Shown: positions 12,966 to 25,017 of the stretch, piece after piece | Position numbering within the stretch: position 1 is the first letter of the stretch | Layout of the letters: each line of letters starts with the position of its first letter | Origin: Octopus sinensis | Lineage: Eukaryota | DNA length: 64,000 nucleotides | Assembly (NCBI RefSeq): GCF_006345805.1 | Contig: NC_043002.1 | Coordinates: forward strand, 77,314,001-77,378,000 | Direction: 5' to 3' | Position numbers and translations under genes: made by a program | The notes under the pieces: model-generated | What the model saw: only the letters and a program-made list of their open reading frames with translations | What the model was told of the DNA's origin: nothing | Databases searched by the model: none

Positions 12966-13302
12966 TGTGAAAGTGCATAGCTCAGTGGTTAGAGCGTCGA
13001 GCTTATGATCATGATGTTGTGAGCTCGAATCCTGGACTGGGCTGCATGTTGTGTTCTTGAGCAAGACACTTTATTTCATGTTGCTCCAGTTCACTCAGCT
13101 GTAGAAATGAATTGTGACGTCACAGGTGCCAAGCTGTATCTGCTGTTGCCTTTCCCTTGGATAACACTGGTGGCGTGGAGAGGGGAGGCCGGTATGCATG
13201 GACTGCTGGTCTTCCATAAACAACTTTGCCTGGACGTGTGCCTGGGAGGGTAACTTTCTAGGTACAATCCCATGGTCTGTGTCATGACCGAAGGGGGTCT
13301 CA
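12966..13302 (+). mobile_element. tRNA-derived SINE, family D
   Basis: tRNA-like head TAGCTCAGTGGTTAGAG...GAGCTCGAATCC, then GTTGTGTTCTTGAGCAAGACACTTTATTTC...CTCCAGTTCACTCAGCTG. A related copy lies at 40030-40368 (-). Confidence 0.8.
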
Positions 13303-13429
13303 GATTATTGGAGATATTATTTTACAGCTTGATGCCCTTTTTGTCATTAACCTCATACCTGTTTTTCAAGGTATCTCTTATTTCATGTCTACAAAGGTGC
13401 AAAGCCTTTCTTGACAGGAAATGACAACA

Positions 13430-13755
13430 TTTGTTCAGCTGAGCTCTCTTCTTTGGTTCCTCCTTTAAGAACTTGCAGTGATCAACTCGACTTGCATTCA
13501 GTTCTCATCAGTATACTGTGCAACCTCCTAAGTGTCATAAAGCACTTTATAGCACCAGCTTCTTCTCTTGCATCTCTGAACTTTGGAATTTCTTTCCACA
13601 GTTTTGTTTTCCTCTTCAATATGACCTCCTGTCTTTTAAGTCTAATGTATATTGTCACCTATTGACTTCTGTCTAGCTTCCAGTTTATTCTAGTAGCTCT
13701 TATGTTTTCAGGGGTCTAAGGACCTTGTAACGAGTCAATACTTTTTAAAAAAAAG
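13430..13755 (+). pseudogene. 3' end of a CR1-like non-LTR retrotransposon ORF2 plus 3' UTR
   Basis: With one frameshift it reads CSAELSSLVPPL / TRLAFSSHQYTVQPPKCHKALYSTSFFSCISELWNFFPQFCFPLQYDLLSFKSNVY*. This matches the SFFPRTxxLWNSLP...FKS C-terminus of CR1-like LINEs. An A-run follows near 13746. Confidence 0.7.
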
Positions 13756-16251
13756 TGTAAACATAAACCAAGCCACACACACATACACACTCCTTGCAGC
13801 TTCTATCTACCAAATCCACTCACAAGGCATAGGTCAGTCTCAAGCTACAATAGAAGACATTTGCATGAGAGGCTGAACAGTGCAGGTAAACTTGAAACCA
13901 CATGGTTGAGAACTGACCTTCTTAATCACACAGCCATGTCTACATCTATCACCACTACTATACACACACACACACACACACACATGGTGAGGGTAGTCTG
14001 CTGTGATGAGTCTACAAACACACAAAATATCAAAGAGTATATTTTTTTCTCCTTCTGAAGAGATTATGCTCAGAAATATGATTTTAATATTTAATTAATT
14101 TCTCTGCACTTAATTGAAACAGCTGTAAGAGATAATGATTGATTTGTTGCTGATACTAAACTCTTATTAACTTCAATATCTCCACTTTCTTATTCTTCAT
14201 TTGCATGATTATAAACCATGGTTTGTATGTAAGCCTATTATTTTGTGGATATTAATTTCTCCCCAAAATATTAGGTATTGAACCAGTATTTTCTTGGATG
14301 ACACCATCTCTTCACGAGGCTAACATAGCCTCTAATTGAATTATATATACGCACACTCTGGGAGGTCTGGCTGCCATTTAAAAAAATACCCACACTTGCT
14401 TTTATTATGAAATAAATAATTAGTTGATTAAAAGGGTTGTCAAAGCTCTTTCATCACAATCTTTGACTGTCAGTAATGATGTGCTATGATATGATTTTGC
14501 ATCAAGAATCTTACAAATGGGTGCATGGTTGAATAGTGATGAAATCCACTTCTGAATTGCAAGGTTCTGGAAATGATCCCACATTGCATCAACTCGGGTA
14601 AGTGGGTTCCACCATAGCCTCAGATCAACTCAAACCTTGTGAGTGAAATTAAATGATAATTCAGCAAAGGCCCATTAGATCAGCTGTAATTTGAACTTTA
14701 ATCTTCTTGCACTGATTCTGCTGAAGGCTTACTCTAAGAGTACAGCCAGTACTATGAAATTACGCAGTAACTTACATTATAATTCAATCAGTAGTTAGTT
14801 CTGTTGATTGAATAACTGGAACTTTCATTCATTGAAATCAACACAAGAGTCATTCATAAATATATAATTAACAGTTTAACTTGAATTGCAAGTGGCCGTG
14901 TTAATACTGAGTGTGTTGACTAAAACGTCAATGGTTTTACTTTCTATGACTGCTGCTGCATTAAATCTATGGCAGAAACATTTAACTCTTGCTAGCTGTA
15001 AATAAGTAAGATGAGTAAATAGAGATTACTTGCAGAAACACTGAATAATTAACAAACTTTATACGTGTTTGCAGTGTTGGAGTACACTTGGAGTTTGGCC
15101 AAGATGTAAGTGCTTATAACATAGCTTGTTTAATAAATTCCATTATAATTATACTAAATTGATTGTATATGAATGAATCTACCTAATGTTGGTTGAGAGA
15201 GACTAGATCTACATTTTGCTCATAACTCATTTGTAAGGATCACTTTTCTTTTTTTATTGTTATTACTACTTCCGGATTTCTGAGATGAATTGATTGCAAT
15301 AGTCTTTCAGACCATTAGCCACATTTTGCATGTTTTGAGGGTCTTACACCATATTTTGATATGTTGAATCGCTGAGCTTTTGAAGATGGGCTTATTGCAG
15401 CAATTACACATTCTCTGAGTTGTAAAGGTGTCAAAATCCTCAACATTGATACCCTACATTAACAATGGAGGTTATGAGTTTTAATCTAGCACGAACTCTG
15501 TGTGTATGAATGTGTGAGACACACACTCGCGTACATGCATTTATATAGCCTTTGTTCTTTCCAACTGGACTGCTATCATCCACTTCAATTGGATGCTCTA
15601 CCCTCTGCTGTTGCAAGTAGTAACCCTTTGTCTTCACAGACATGAGAGATCTACCTCTTAGATAATCTACCATGTGGTCTGGGGTTTGGAGGACTTTTGG
15701 TGCAACACCAATGCTGCGTTGTTATTGCATTACCCTTCTTATTACATGACCAAATTATTTCAAGCATTACCTCAAATTGTGTAAGTCATGAGAAGAGATG
15801 CGTGTGCATGCATGCTTGTGTGTACATATGTACACGTGTGTAAAATTGATTAGAAATTGAGCTGACAAAAAAACTAAAAAAAAACACAAAAAAAGAAGCA
15901 AACTAGCTTAAGAACTATAAACTGATGCTTCTCCCAAGTCTTCCTTGATCTACTACATATTTCCATTGCCAACTTGAGAAATATATTTTTCCAACAGGTA
16001 ACCATTCACTTTATATGATCTATATGAATGGTCACCTCTCTTCTCAATATTTATGAATATGCTTACCCCCACCCTCCTTGCAATAACCACTACTCCCAAT
16101 CCTACTACTCATAATGGCAGTCCTCTGGAATTCCCATTCTGTCCATATTGTTCTGGCACCCATCATATTGCTGTTATTTAAGCAGAACATTAACTGTATT
16201 TATCTTACCAGTCTCAGAAGACCTGTGTTAGCCATAGAATAATAATATTAG

Positions 16252-16290
<39 letters not shown>

Positions 16291-16350
16291 ATAATAATAA
16301 TAATAATAATATAATAATAATAATATTAACCACTAATAATAATAATAATA
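16252..16350. repeat. Compound (CTA)n(TAA)n microsatellite
   Basis: Directly visible. Confidence 0.95.
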
Positions 16351-17532
16351 AAAAGAGATGAGAAATGATTACACAAAAATATGTGTTAAGTTTGCTATAT
16401 ACACCAGAAGTATGAACAACAAAAATCCCTCAAATGTGAGTTAATTATCTTCTCAAACACACAAAGAAACATCACCAACCAGTCAACAGTTTCAATGATA
16501 ATTTATAAATTGTTGTTACACTTAATCAAAAACTGTACCTGGTTACTTTCTTGTACTGAGTTATTTTCATACAGTAACATAGCTTATCTAACACGCATCT
16601 TAATTGACACATTCATCTCCAATCACTGTAGATCTACTATATTTACTGACAGTGTTTTACTATTGTACATTTTTTTTTAAATGTCTCAAACACACAGAAA
16701 ATCTTCACGTTCACCAGTGGTAATACTTTTCAAAACTCCTTTAAACGCTAACTCTAATTACAAGAGTTTATCAGTTTCTATCAAATATTTGAACAGTTTC
16801 TAGCTCACTGATAATGGCCTTTTTTTTTTTTTAAACCTGGCAATGTATAAATTTTTAATTCTTTCATAATTATTTTACAGTAGAGTTTCTCACAAGGTGT
16901 TATTTTTTTTATTTATTTTTATCCTCAGAAAACTGTTTCAAAGTCAATGTTTATTGGTTGGATTTAGCAATAATTTTCATTTTTTTTGTTTGTTTCTTTC
17001 ATGTTGTGGCTTAGCTGCAAATTCTTTATTTTAATTGCTAACAGATAATTAGCTTAAACCTTGTATCTTGCATCTTCATTGAAAAATTTTATTCTATTTC
17101 TTCAAACTACATCACTGGTTGCTGCTAAGAATTGACATGCAGTTAGAAAGAGACCTTTTCAAAGAATATTGCCCCATTTCTCATTGAAAATATTCATCTT
17201 TCTTATTTCATCTAATTATTTTCTTGATACCATGAAGGTAAAGTCATACTCTTAGATGTAGCAGCCATGATGTTGGTGGATATATCTCAATGTTTTGTAG
17301 TCTAAATGTGGCATAAAATATTTACTGAACGTTTATGAAAATATATGTGGACGATTTAAATTTGAATCCAAATCTGTGAACATAAACAAATTTTATACAG
17401 GTTCTGCCTATACAAAATATCAATTTCAGTGTTGATCGTATACACTATTGTATATAATTAAACTTAAACAACAATCTATTTTACAATTTTATATACATAC
17501 ATTTTATTTATTTACTTTTTCTTCTTTTGTAG

Positions 17533-17996
17533 GTAGCGAAGGGACTTTTGCAACAAGCCCTGGTTCTCATACAAATAATGCTGCCAAAACACATTTAATA
17601 AACAATGACTCACCAGGCTCCCTGGATCTAGGTTCTCAATCTGCTCCTGATTCCTTTATTGATATTCCCAGCCGAAAACCCTCCTATCTAAAGCTTAGTT
17701 GTTCTGTGAGTGGTTATGGCAAGTACAGTGTTTATAGCTCCTACAAGGATATTGAAAGGCGCTCACCATTCTCAAGCAGTTCTTCACTAAAGGCAGAATC
17801 CAGATCAACATCATGTGAAATGCCTGCCATACAATCAGATAATAAGGAAGTTACAAAAAGTGTTGATGACAGTCCCTCTAAAGACAAAGAGCTGAAAGCC
17901 GACATGGATGGCTCTGTACCTGCATCTTCCAATGGCATCGATGGTATACCAGAATCTTCTGTTATTAACATCACATCAACTGAATCATCTCATGTA
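17533..17996 (+). CDS. DLGAP: DLGAP/SAPAP-like gene: Ser-rich internal exon (464 nt, phase 1 to phase 0) with RKPSYLKL motif
   Basis: Polypyrimidine tract plus tag acceptor (ttcttttgtag) and GTAAGT donor at 17997. The frame is open for 154 codons in 30%-GC surroundings. It carries an R-x-x-S-Y-L-K motif like the SAPAP GK-binding repeats, and its end phase matches the next exon. Confidence 0.8.
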
Positions 17997-18131
17997 GTAA
18001 GTGATTGCCAGCAGATTTTTCTTTTTTCATAATTCAGTGATAGAGAAATAAGCCTTATTACACTGTGAAGCAAAATTCTTTGATTTCAAAACTGTTTTAT
18101 TCATTACCATTTCTTTACTAACTATCTGACT

Positions 18132-18521
18132 AAGCGTAGGAATGGGTGTATGGTAAGTAGCTTGCTTATCAACCACATAGTGGGACCTTTGGCAAGTGTC
18201 TTCTACTATAGCCTCGGGCCAACCAAAGCCTTGTGAGTGGATTTGGTAGACAGAAACTGAAAGAAGCCCATCATATGTGTGTACGTGTGTATATGTTTGT
18301 GTCTCTGTGTTTGTGTATATGTTTGTGTGTCTGTGTTTGTCCCCCCAACATCACTTGACAACCAATAGTGATGTGTTTACGTCCCTGTAACTTAGCAGTT
18401 CGGCAAAAGAGACTGATAGAATAAGTACTAGGCATCCAAAGAATAAGTCCTGGGGTCGATCTGCTCGACCAAAGGCAGTGCTCCAGCATGGCCACTGTCA
18501 AATGACTGAAACAAGTAAGAG
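18132..18521 (+). mobile_element. SINE family A
   Basis: Near full-length family consensus with a short deletion in the tRNA-like head. Confidence 0.88.
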
Positions 18522-19491
18522 TATCTGTTCTTCCTCTCAACACAGCCATAGTCAATTCTTTAAATTACACCTGTCAGATTTTTATTCACACATATGAAGA
18601 GATTAACTTAATTCAGAAAGCTGAAAACATAAGAAATATAGAGATGGAAAAATTCTCTAGACTGTATTCAGACAATATCTGATCATACATCTGCATTACT
18701 TAAATTCTTTTCACAGCAATAGTAGAGTTACTCTTCACTGTGGTCATAGAAACCTCAAATAAACTATTTCTCAATTAAATTTTTGGAATTTTTACTACTA
18801 AATTAGAAAAAGTTACTTCATTTACTTGTTTGATGAACAATAAAAAAGTTATATTTTTTAATGGGCACAAGCGTAGATGTATGTTTAAGAAGTTTGTTTA
18901 ACAACCAAGCAGTTCCAAATTCAGTCCCACTGAACAGCATCTTGTGGTATGGTAGAAGACACGGTCAACTGTCTTCTGTCATAGCCTTGCATTGACCAAT
19001 GACTTTTAAGTAAACTTTTAGAGAAGGAAACTATGCAGAAACACATATATGTGTGTGTGTATGTGTGCATGCACATGTATGTGTGTATGTATGTGTCATG
19101 AAGATGTGCAGCCTAGTGGTTTGAGTGATGACCTCATAGTCATTAGATTGTTGGTTCAATCTCTGGATCATGTTGTACATGGCCTAGGCACTTCATTTCA
19201 CTACTCTAGCCTATTTAGCTGAAAATGAGTATTAGCTGATGATTACTGGTGCATCCTTCTCTATCCATCCATCCATCCATTGCTATCACATTCTTAGTGT
19301 TCTGCTCAGCTAAGTATGGGAGGAGTATTTCAGTGCGTGCATTTTACTACTTAGGCCCTCAAAACAATTAGCAAACCATGCTACTCACTTGTACATGGCA
19401 GCTAAAGCAACTTCATTAGTGCTGGTAACACAAAGAAGAAAAAAAAAAGCACTTGGTACACTCTGTAAGGCAGTTGGTATTAGGAAACTAA

Positions 19492-19723
19492 AGGCGGCGA
19501 GCTGGCAGAAATGTTAGCACTCCGGGCGAAATGCGTAGCCGTATTTCGTCTGCTGTTACGTACCGAGTTCAAATTCCGCCAAGGTCGACTTTGCCTTTCA
19601 TCCTTTCAGGGTCGATAAATTAAGTACCAGTTATGCACTGGGGTCGATGTAATCGACTTAATCCGTTTGTCTGTCCTTGTTTGTCCCCTCTGTGTTTAGC
19701 CCCTTGTGGGTAGTAAAGAAATA
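19492..19723 (+). mobile_element. SINE family B, young full-length copy with 16-bp TSD
   Basis: Perfect TSD GGTATTAGGAAACTAA at 19476-19491 and 19724-19739. CpGs are retained and A/B boxes are intact. Confidence 0.93.
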
Positions 19724-20111
19724 GGTATTAGGAAACTAAATCAAAGCAGACATTGGAGTACAACACTGTCCTCCCACCCATCAGATCCTGTCTGACCCAA
19801 GCTGCTATAAGAAAAGCATTAAAAGATGATGATGTGATCACACTTTGGCAATTTCCCATGTTAAAAACACTGGAAGTAATTAAGCCCACCTTTTTATTTC
19901 TTAAATATGGGGTCACTATATTTCTTATGATTTCAGCTTTCTAAATTAAAATGCATAGTTACAAGACGAGTTTGAAGAAGTAGACTGAGCGAGACTGATA
20001 AGTCTTTGGAATAATGTTAGATGTAATTGGTTTATCTTTAGAAAAACTGCACAAGACAATTCTAGAGAAGAATATATACGGTGACTTTAATTAGAGCTGC
20101 TGCTTTAAATG

Positions 20112-20156
<45 letters not shown>

Positions 20157-20159
<3 letters not shown>

Positions 20160-21600
20160 ATATGTATATACTCAACTCGTACACAATGTTATATTTGACG
20201 TCTGAACAGAAAACAACTAATCTAATGTCTTCCTTTTACAAACCCAAATGATGAATGTGCTATTAAATACTGATTCTGTTTGTTCGACCCATATCTAGAA
20301 CGCACTTTATTCAAGTTAAAGTAGCTTTAAAAACTATCTCATCATCATCATCATCAATTTGTTTGCTTAACAAAAATAGAAATAAACAAAGATCTATATA
20401 GTTTGATTTCACAACCTATTTTTATGAAATTCTGTCTGTCTCTTTCAAACTCTACAAGTGCCCAGGCCATCCTTTCTATCAATAAATACCATTGTATTGC
20501 AATTTACACTAATTTACATTAATTCCAAGCCTATAGTGTTTATTTCTTCACCTATTTCTCACTTAGACATTTTTTCCTTCTAATGTCCACATCACCTTCA
20601 TTAATTCTGAAAGTGTTTTTACCTTTCATTTTCAATATACATTAAAACTATCATTTCTTCCATTTAATTCAAGTCACATTTGATTATCTATTGACGCCTC
20701 CCTTTCATTATCCTGCTGAAAAATTCACCTGTGTGTGTGTGTGTGGTTGTGTGTATGTGTGTTTTTGTTTGTGTGTGTTTGTGTTTTTGTTTGTGAGTAT
20801 CTTTGTGTGTGTGTTTGTGAGTATTTTTGTGTGTGTTTGTGTATGTATGTTTGTGGGTGTGTTTGTGTGTGTGTGTGTGTGTGTTTATATGTATATACTC
20901 AACTCGTACACAATGTTATATTTGACGTCTGAACAGAAAACAACTAATCTAATGTCTTCCTTTTACAAACCCAAATGATGAATGTGCTATTAAATACTGA
21001 TTCTGTTTGTTCGACCCATATCTAGAACGCACTTTATTCAAGTTAAAGTAGCTTTAAAAACTATCTCATCATCATCATCATCAATTTGTTTGCTTAACAA
21101 AAATAGAAATAAACAAAGATCTATATAGTTTGATTTCACAACCTATTTTTATGAAATTCTGTCTGTCTCTTTCAAACTCTACAAGTGCCCAGGCCATCCT
21201 TTCTATCAATAAATACCATTGTATTGCAATTTACACTAATTTACATTAATTCCAAGCCTATAGTGTTTATTTCTTCACCTATTTCTCACTTAGACATTTT
21301 TTCCTTCTAATGTCCACATCACCTTCATTAATTCTGAAAGTGTTTTTACCTTTCATTTTCAATATACATTAAAACTATCATTTCTTCCATTTAATTCAAG
21401 TCACATTTGATTATCTATTGACGCCTCCCTTTCATTATCCTGCTGAAAAATTCACCTGTGTGTGTGTGTGTGTGTGTGGTTGTGTGTGTATGTGTGTTTT
21501 TGTTTGTGTGTGTTTGTGTTTTTGTTTGTGAGTATCTTTGTGTGTGTGTTTGTGAGTATTTTTGTGTGTGTTTGTGTATGTATGTTTGTGGGTGTGTTTG
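20157..21600. repeat. 727-bp direct tandem duplication bounded by (TG)n tracts
   Basis: Same 727-bp offset at CTCAACTCGT (20171/20898) and TTGACGCCTC (20691/21418). The ~570-bp unique part is identical by eye. Confidence 0.93.
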
Positions 21601-21660
21601 TGTGTGCATACATGTATGTGTGTGTGCATACATGTATGTGTGTGTGCATACATGTATGTG
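21601..21660. repeat. 20-bp minisatellite (TGTGTGCATACATGTATGTG) x3
   Basis: Three exact copies. Confidence 0.9.
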
Positions 21661-22884
21661 TGTGTGAATATGTTTTGTTTTTCCCCCTCTCTGCAATTAA
21701 CGTCATCATCAAGAAAGTTCAGTATTTTTTAAAGTCCCAGTTTCATTTTCCAGACTTGAATGATACCTACTTTATAAAAATTTTTTCATCAACTTCCATA
21801 ATCTGTCATTTAAATTCAAAATGAAATTTAAGACAAAATAAAAATACATTCATATGCAAGAAAGAAAAAACAATAATAAAAAGCTAGATGAACCATATCA
21901 GAAATATTTTGTTACTAAATATTTATTCCACTTTGACTGTAATGTAATTGTAAACTTCTTGGGATATTTCTAATCGCTTCAGACTTCTATTTTTGACTTA
22001 AAACTATGGAATCAAGTTTCGCTTCCATTCACAGCTGAAATTTATCCACTGTACAAGTCCTAGCAGAATGCTGTAAAAATAACATTATGAATCAACCTGC
22101 CACATACTGACAGACTAATTTTAACTTAACTTTATATGCTTGTGCGTTTGTGTGTATAATCATGGTGCCTTTTAGTAAGTCCAGTGACTATTTAATTCCA
22201 GCGACTATTTAATTTTATTAACTAGTTTGAGAAAGCAGGGTAGTTCTTTAAGCTCTCTGTAAGTCCAATTTTGTTGATGTTCTGCTTGAATTTCTGCTTG
22301 TCAACACCTGCAAGAAAAATGAAGGCAAGGAAGGAATTTCGAGCAAAATATTTAGTGTGGAGTCTGATAGATAAGACACAGTAATGATGAGGAGGAGTGG
22401 CAATTACATCAGGGTGGGTAAGTGTAGTAGAAGCAGTGTACCTGGAAGCCAGTGGATTACAGTATGCTAGTTTTGTTGATAAGATGGATTGCCATCTTTT
22501 GTATGGGGGATATTTATATATGCATATATATATATATATATATAGCAACAGTACTATTTTGAGAAATGTAAGCAGTGCTTTAATGTGGATCATGATTTTG
22601 TTTTATTATGTATTATCCAAAGATTAGGATAAATCCCTGAAGAGAATGATTGATAAGTTTGGTGAGATAAGAAATAGCTGAGAAGTGTACTAGCTTGACA
22701 ATAATAGAAAGGCCATCAGTCACTAGTCACCTTGTTGGATTTGAGTCAATGTAGCTGTTTTTTGCATTTTGTAATTGAATGCATGGAGCAGGCGAGACAG
22801 GAGATGTGAAGATGTCAAGCTTGAAAGTATTTTTTTTTTTTTATGTATATTGTCAATAGTGGAAAGCAAAATAGGTGGCTAAGA

Positions 22885-23205
22885 TGAAGACATGGTTGTG
22901 TGGTTAAGAAGCTCTCTTTGCAACATGTGACTTCAGGTTCATTCCCACTGCATGTTATCCTGGACAAGAGTCTTCTACTATAGCTCTGGAATAACCAGTG
23001 CTGTGTGAGTGAATTCAGTAGACAGAAACTGTGTGGAAGCCCATCATGTGTGTTGGTTGACATCCTTCTAGGTCAGTGGTTTGGCAAAAGCAAGTGATAG
23101 AAGTACCAGACTTAAAAATAAGTCCTTGGGTCAATTGTTTGACTAAAACCTTTCAAGACAGTGCCCCAGCATGGCTGCAGTCCAGCGGCTGAAACAAGGG
23201 AAAGA
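22885..23205 (+). mobile_element. SINE family A (older copy)
   Basis: Degenerate match to the family A head, core and tail. Confidence 0.75.
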
Positions 23206-23231
23206 TGAAAGATTATTATAATTTTTACAGA

Positions 23232-23616
23232 CCATTGTCGTCTGTGTCGGTGGCACATAAAAAACACTATCCAAGTGTGGCCGTTCGCCAACCTCGTCTG
23301 GCACCTGTGTCGGTGGCACATAAAAAACACCATCCGAGCGTGGCCGTCCGCCAGCCTCGTCTGGCACCTGTGTCGGTGGCACATAAAAAAACACCATCCA
23401 AGCGTGGCCGTTCGCCAGCCTCGTCTGGCACCTGTGTCGGTGGCACATAAAATCACCCACTACACTCTCGGAGTGGTTGGCGTTAGGAAGGGCATCCAGC
23501 TGTAGAAACACTGCCAGATCTGACTGGCCTGGTGCAGCCTTCGGGCTCCCCAGACCCCAGTTGAACTGTCCAACCCATGCTAGCATGGAAAGCGTATGTT
23601 AAACAATGATGATGAT
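23232..23616 (+). mobile_element. 5'-truncated RTE LINE 3' UTR with a 63-bp tandem array and (GAT)n tail
   Basis: Four GTGGCACATAAAA motifs at 63-64-bp spacing, GGTTGGCGTTAGGAAGGGCATCCAGCTGTAGAAA, CCATGCTAGCATGG and a (GAT)n tail. Same family as 60545-61270, which still carries the RTE ORF end. Confidence 0.85.
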
Positions 23617-24224
23617 TGTTGTTGATTGACATGTAATAAGAGTATTCTGAAAGATTTATGGAAACCCCCTTCACTAGATGCAATAAGAGAGAGGAGAAAA
23701 TTTGTGAGTCGAGCAATGCACAAAGACCTGCTTTAGAGTTGTAGATAAATGCCTCTCAATTGAGACACTGGTGAATGATTTCCTCCAAATGTTGTACACT
23801 GTTAACTTTGCCTGTAATGTAACACAGCTGCAAATAAACCATCAGAATATTTGGTGGGTTACATGTTTAGGTTTTGAGAGGGATGTTGAGAAACCTGCCT
23901 AAGAGAATTAATGTTAGTCAATGTTAGGTGGATGGGTTAATGCTGAAGCATATTTGCTACCAAGAGTGATCAGCATTGCTTTCAGAATTTTAAAAGTTAT
24001 TTATAAAAATAATTAGATTTAATCTTACAGAATGTATTTCTATTTCAAAACTTTTTTTTTCATGTGTGGAAACCAGAAAAAATATTTCATTTCCGATTTT
24101 TTTTCAAATTTTTTTTTTAATTGTAGAATCAAATTAATAATCTAAAATGATTGTTATTGTTGGTTGATCAATGATTGAACAGCAAATATAAAGTGTGTAT
24201 ATATACATACATTATACTGCTTTC

Positions 24225-24432
24225 AAATTTTGGCACAAGACTAGCAATTTCAGGGGAGGGGCTAAGTTGATTAAATTGGCTCCAGTTCTCAACTGATATT
24301 TATTTCATTGGCGCCGAAAGGATGAAAGGCAAAGTCGACCCCAGCAATATTTGAACCCAGAATGTAAAGATGGATGAAATGCTGATGTGCATTTTGCCCA
24401 GCGTGCTAATGATTCTGCCAGCACACCACCTT
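24225..24432 (-). mobile_element. SINE family B
   Basis: GGATGAAAGGCAAAGTCGACC motif (reverse of consensus) and GATTCTGCCAG end. Confidence 0.85.
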
Positions 24433-24699
24433 AAAGCATACATTATATTGATAGATAAATTGATTGACTGATTAATTGATTGATTGATTATAGCCATGCA
24501 GAGACAATAATGTCATTGGCTTAATTGTTTCTGTCTGATATTTTATTGATCTTTATTTATTGAATCACCAAGTTATTAGACATAAATAGGCACAACCTAA
24601 TTAAAAAGTGGTGTAAATACAGACTGATGTGTAAGTGTACACACACAAAGGATTTCTACTTAGCTTCTGTTTACCAAATTCCATTCACAGTAGTTGTGA

Positions 24700-25017
24700 T
24701 ACCCATGCCGGTGGCATGTAAAAAACACCATCCAAACGTAGCCGATGCCAGCGCCACCTTGACTGGCGTCCGTGCCGGTGGCACGTAAACAGCACCAACA
24801 AATTGTGGACGTTGCCAGTCTCCTCTGGCCCCTGTGTCGGTAGCACATAAAAAGCACCCACTACACTCACAGAGTGGTTGGTGTTAGGAAGGGCATCCAG
24901 CTGTAGAAATACCGCCAGATCTGACTGGTGCCTGGTGCAGCCTCCTGGCTTCCCAGACCCTGGTCGAACCATCCAACCCATGCTAGCATGGAAAACGGAC
25001 GTTAAACGATGATGATG
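24700..25017 (+). mobile_element. 5'-truncated RTE 3' UTR nested inside an old minus-strand family A SINE (about 24640-25130)
   Basis: Three array units, the GGAAGGGCATCC block and a GACGTTAAACGATGATGATG tail. SINE A sequence stops near 24690 and resumes near 25020. Confidence 0.8.

Noticed and set aside
12966-13050. tRNA-like sequence (also SINE heads at 19492 and 40368)
   Set aside because: No complete cloverleaf or acceptor stem; continues into a SINE body.
14055-14076. CTGAAGA...GAAA hammerhead-like core (also 59360-59382)
   Set aside because: Stem II is not directly adjacent to GAAA (or GAAA is absent), and no helix I/III with a cleavage triplet was found.
15075-15105. 31-nt candidate exon (tttgcag ... 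GTAAGT)
   Set aside because: The phase 0-to-1 reading CWSTLGVWPR is possible but unsupported by homology; too short to distinguish from chance.
20691-21824. Many VC/HT-rich ORFs (also 5572-5763, 10665-10997, 13840-14058)
   Set aside because: Microsatellite translation artefacts.
23243-23460. Regularly spaced ~63-bp repeats resembling a CRISPR array
   Set aside because: Eukaryotic context, no unique spacers (units near-identical or homologous), no cas genes; it is an RTE 3' UTR array.
23112-23586. ORFs with MCHRHRCQTRLA / YVPPTQVPDE repeats (also 58484-58963, 24660-24981, 60930-61151)
   Set aside because: Products of translating the GC-rich non-coding RTE UTR array, open on both strands and in several frames.
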